Below, piece by piece: positions 62,345 through 64,000 of a DNA stretch of 64,000 nucleotides. The notes under the pieces were generated by a model, which had not been told where the DNA came from, did not search any database, and worked only from the letters and a program-made list of their open reading frames with translations. Every line of letters begins with the position of its first letter. Within the stretch, counting starts at the first letter, position 1. Made by a program: the position numbers and the translations under genes. The DNA is from Candidatus Omnitrophota bacterium. Lineage in GTDB: Bacteria > Omnitrophota > Gorgyraeia > 2-01-FULL-45-10. The stretch spans positions 107,520-171,519 of the forward strand of contig JAQVUX010000002.1 in the NCBI GenBank assembly GCA_028699255.1, written 5' to 3'.

Positions 62345-64000
62345 ATGTCCAATAAAAAGCTATATTTAATCGATGGTAATTCATTCTGCTACAGGGCATT
62401 CTATGCCATACGGGCCCTCACGAATTCAAAGGGCCAGCCGACGAACGCCATATACGGGTTCGTTACTATGCTCAATAAGATCGTTAAGGAAAAGAAACCC
62501 GACATGCTGGCCGTGGCTTTTGATATGAAAGGGCCTACGTTCAGACACAAGAAGTACGAAGATTACAAGATACAGCGTAAACCTATGCCGGACGACCTGG
62601 TCGGCCAGATGCCGCATATAAAGGATACAGTCGCCGCTTACAACATACCGATATTCCAGCTGGAAGGCTACGAAGCCGATGATGTATTGGCTACCATAGC
62701 GAAGCGCGCGGAAGGAAAAGGCATAGATACATTTATAGTTACGGGTGACAAGGACGCTCTCCAGATAGTCGGAGCCCACATCAAGGTTTACAATCCGCAT
62801 AAAGAGGATATTATATACGACGCCGCGAAGGTTAAGGAGAAATACGGTGTTGGGCCGGAGCACGTGGTGGACATAATGGCGCTCATGGGCGACGCGAGCG
62901 ACAATATACCCGGTGTTAAAGGGATAGGCGAGAAGACGGCGATGGAGTTGATCGCGGAATTCGGTTCGCTTGATGAATTGTACAAGAATATCGATAAGGT
63001 GAAGGGCGACGCGAAGAAGCGGATACTGGGTGAGAATAAGGACGTGGCGTACATGAGTAGAGAGCTGGCGGTTCTCGAGGAGAACGCGCCTATAAAGATA
63101 GATTTCAAGGAGCTTGAATTAAAGGAGCCGGACGAGGGCAGGCTCCTGGAACTCTTCAGGGAGTTTGAGTTCAAGTCGCTTATGAAGAGCGTGACGCCTA
63201 AGGGCACGCTCGATTCGCTTTACGAGACTATAGACAGCGACAAGGCTTTTAAAGAATTGGTCGACGAGCTTAAAGCGCTGGACGAGTTCGCGTTCGATTT
63301 CGAGACGACCAGTGAAGATCCGATGCTGGCCGAGCCCGTCGGAGTTTCATTCTCGTGGAAGATAGGCAAGGCGTGCTACGTGCCTATGAATAAACACTTT
63401 ACCGTCTCCGGTGTTTTCGAAGCGCTCAAGCCGGTCTTTGAAAATGAAAAAATAAAGAAGATAGGCCAGAATATAAAATACGAATATATTATTCTTGCCA
63501 ACCAGGGTATAGAGTTAAAAGGCATATCTTTCGATACGATGGTTGCGTCCTACGTCCTAAATCCGTCGAAGTTGAACCACAACCTCGACGATATCGCGCT
63601 CGAATATCTAAGCCATAAACTGACGACACCTATCGAGGAACTTTTGGGTAAAGGCAAGACAGCTATAACCATGGATAAGGTCGATGTGGCGAAAGTATCG
63701 GCTTATTGCTGTGAGGATAGCGACGTAACGCTCCGCCTTAAAAAGATATTAGAAAAGGATATCGCGGATAAAGGATTGGATAGGCTTTTCTACGACGTCG
63801 AGATACCGCTCATAAAAGTTTTGGCGATAATGGAGATAAACGGCGTCGCTATCGACAAGAATTATCTGGCGAAACTCTCGACGGAGATAGGGCATAAACT
63901 TGATAAGTTGACCAAGGAGATATATGATCTCGCCGGGGAGGAGTTCAATATAAACTCCCCGAAACAACTTTCGCGCATCCTCTTCGAAAAACTTAAACTA
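62345..64000 (+). CDS. polA: DNA polymerase I, N-terminal part (5'-3' exonuclease and start of 3'-5' exo/polymerase; 3' end outside window)
   Basis: MSNKKLYLIDGNSFCYRAFYA...; frame stays open to nt 64000. Confidence 0.9.
   Translation, partial: MSNKKLYLIDGNSFCYRAFYAIRALTNSKGQPTNAIYGFVTMLNKIVKEKKPDMLAVAFDMKGPTFRHKKYEDYKIQRKPMPDDLVGQMPHIKDTVAAYNIPIFQLEGYEADDVLATIAKRAEGKGIDTFIVTGDKDALQIVGAHIKVYNPHKEDIIYDAAKVKEKYGVGPEHVVDIMALMGDASDNIPGVKGIGEKTAMELIAEFGSLDELYKNIDKVKGDAKKRILGENKDVAYMSRELAVLEENAPIKIDFKELELKEPDEGRLLELFREFEFKSLMKSVTPKGTLDSLYETIDSDKAFKELVDELKALDEFAFDFETTSEDPMLAEPVGVSFSWKIGKACYVPMNKHFTVSGVFEALKPVFENEKIKKIGQNIKYEYIILANQGIELKGISFDTMVASYVLNPSKLNHNLDDIALEYLSHKLTTPIEELLGKGKTAITMDKVDVAKVSAYCCEDSDVTLRLKKILEKDIADKGLDRLFYDVEIPLIKVLAIMEINGVAIDKNYLAKLSTEIGHKLDKLTKEIYDLAGEEFNINSPKQLSRILFEKLKL

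Overview
This is a 64-kb bacterial chromosomal window. All 56 protein-coding genes I can support lie on the + strand except one (an XRE-cupin regulator at 36057..36608). GC is moderate, with AT-rich islands judged by eye around 30.5-32.4 kb and 46.8-52.6 kb.

Conserved housekeeping blocks are present: proB(partial)-proA-nadD-rsfS, argS, a short-form mfd, a parvulin/surA pair followed by pdxA-rsmA, gatCAB, ctp, tsaD and polA (partial at the 3' end).

The accessory content between them is:
1. A bactofilin fused to an excisionase-like HTH domain, next to a membrane-anchored HTH paralog.
2. larB followed by larC fused to a lipoprotein-like module with two PDZ domains.
3. A COG1373-type AAA ATPase bracketed by ~33-bp direct repeats, plus a small HTH gene.
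4. A non-canonical type-II FAS-like biosynthetic cluster: three KS paralogs (one lacking both catalytic His), KR, ACP, DH, a CrtI-family FAD oxidoreductase and two flavoproteins (one Isf-like).
5. A sensor kinase, two receiver-only response regulators and a GAF-HD-GYP protein, with a separate PilZ gene downstream.
6. A Tc-toxin-like polymorphic toxin locus: a giant FG-GAP repeat surface protein, a stand-alone SpvB-domain protein, and a 2287-aa BC-type Rhs protein with an unrecognisable C-terminal toxin domain, followed by a multi-TM putative immunity protein in an AT-rich cassette.
7. MarR-OEP-RND efflux genes with no membrane-fusion adaptor.
8. A HigB2/HigA2 toxin-antitoxin pair.

Many near-consensus sigma70 promoters (TTGACA-16/17-TATACT, often preceded by AAAGAT) and several striking hairpins and direct repeats are visible. 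Two of the hairpins share an ACCTCGGAGGT core, and one of them is a 17-bp stem inside the Rhs ORF. No rRNA, tRNA, CRISPR array or transposase was found.
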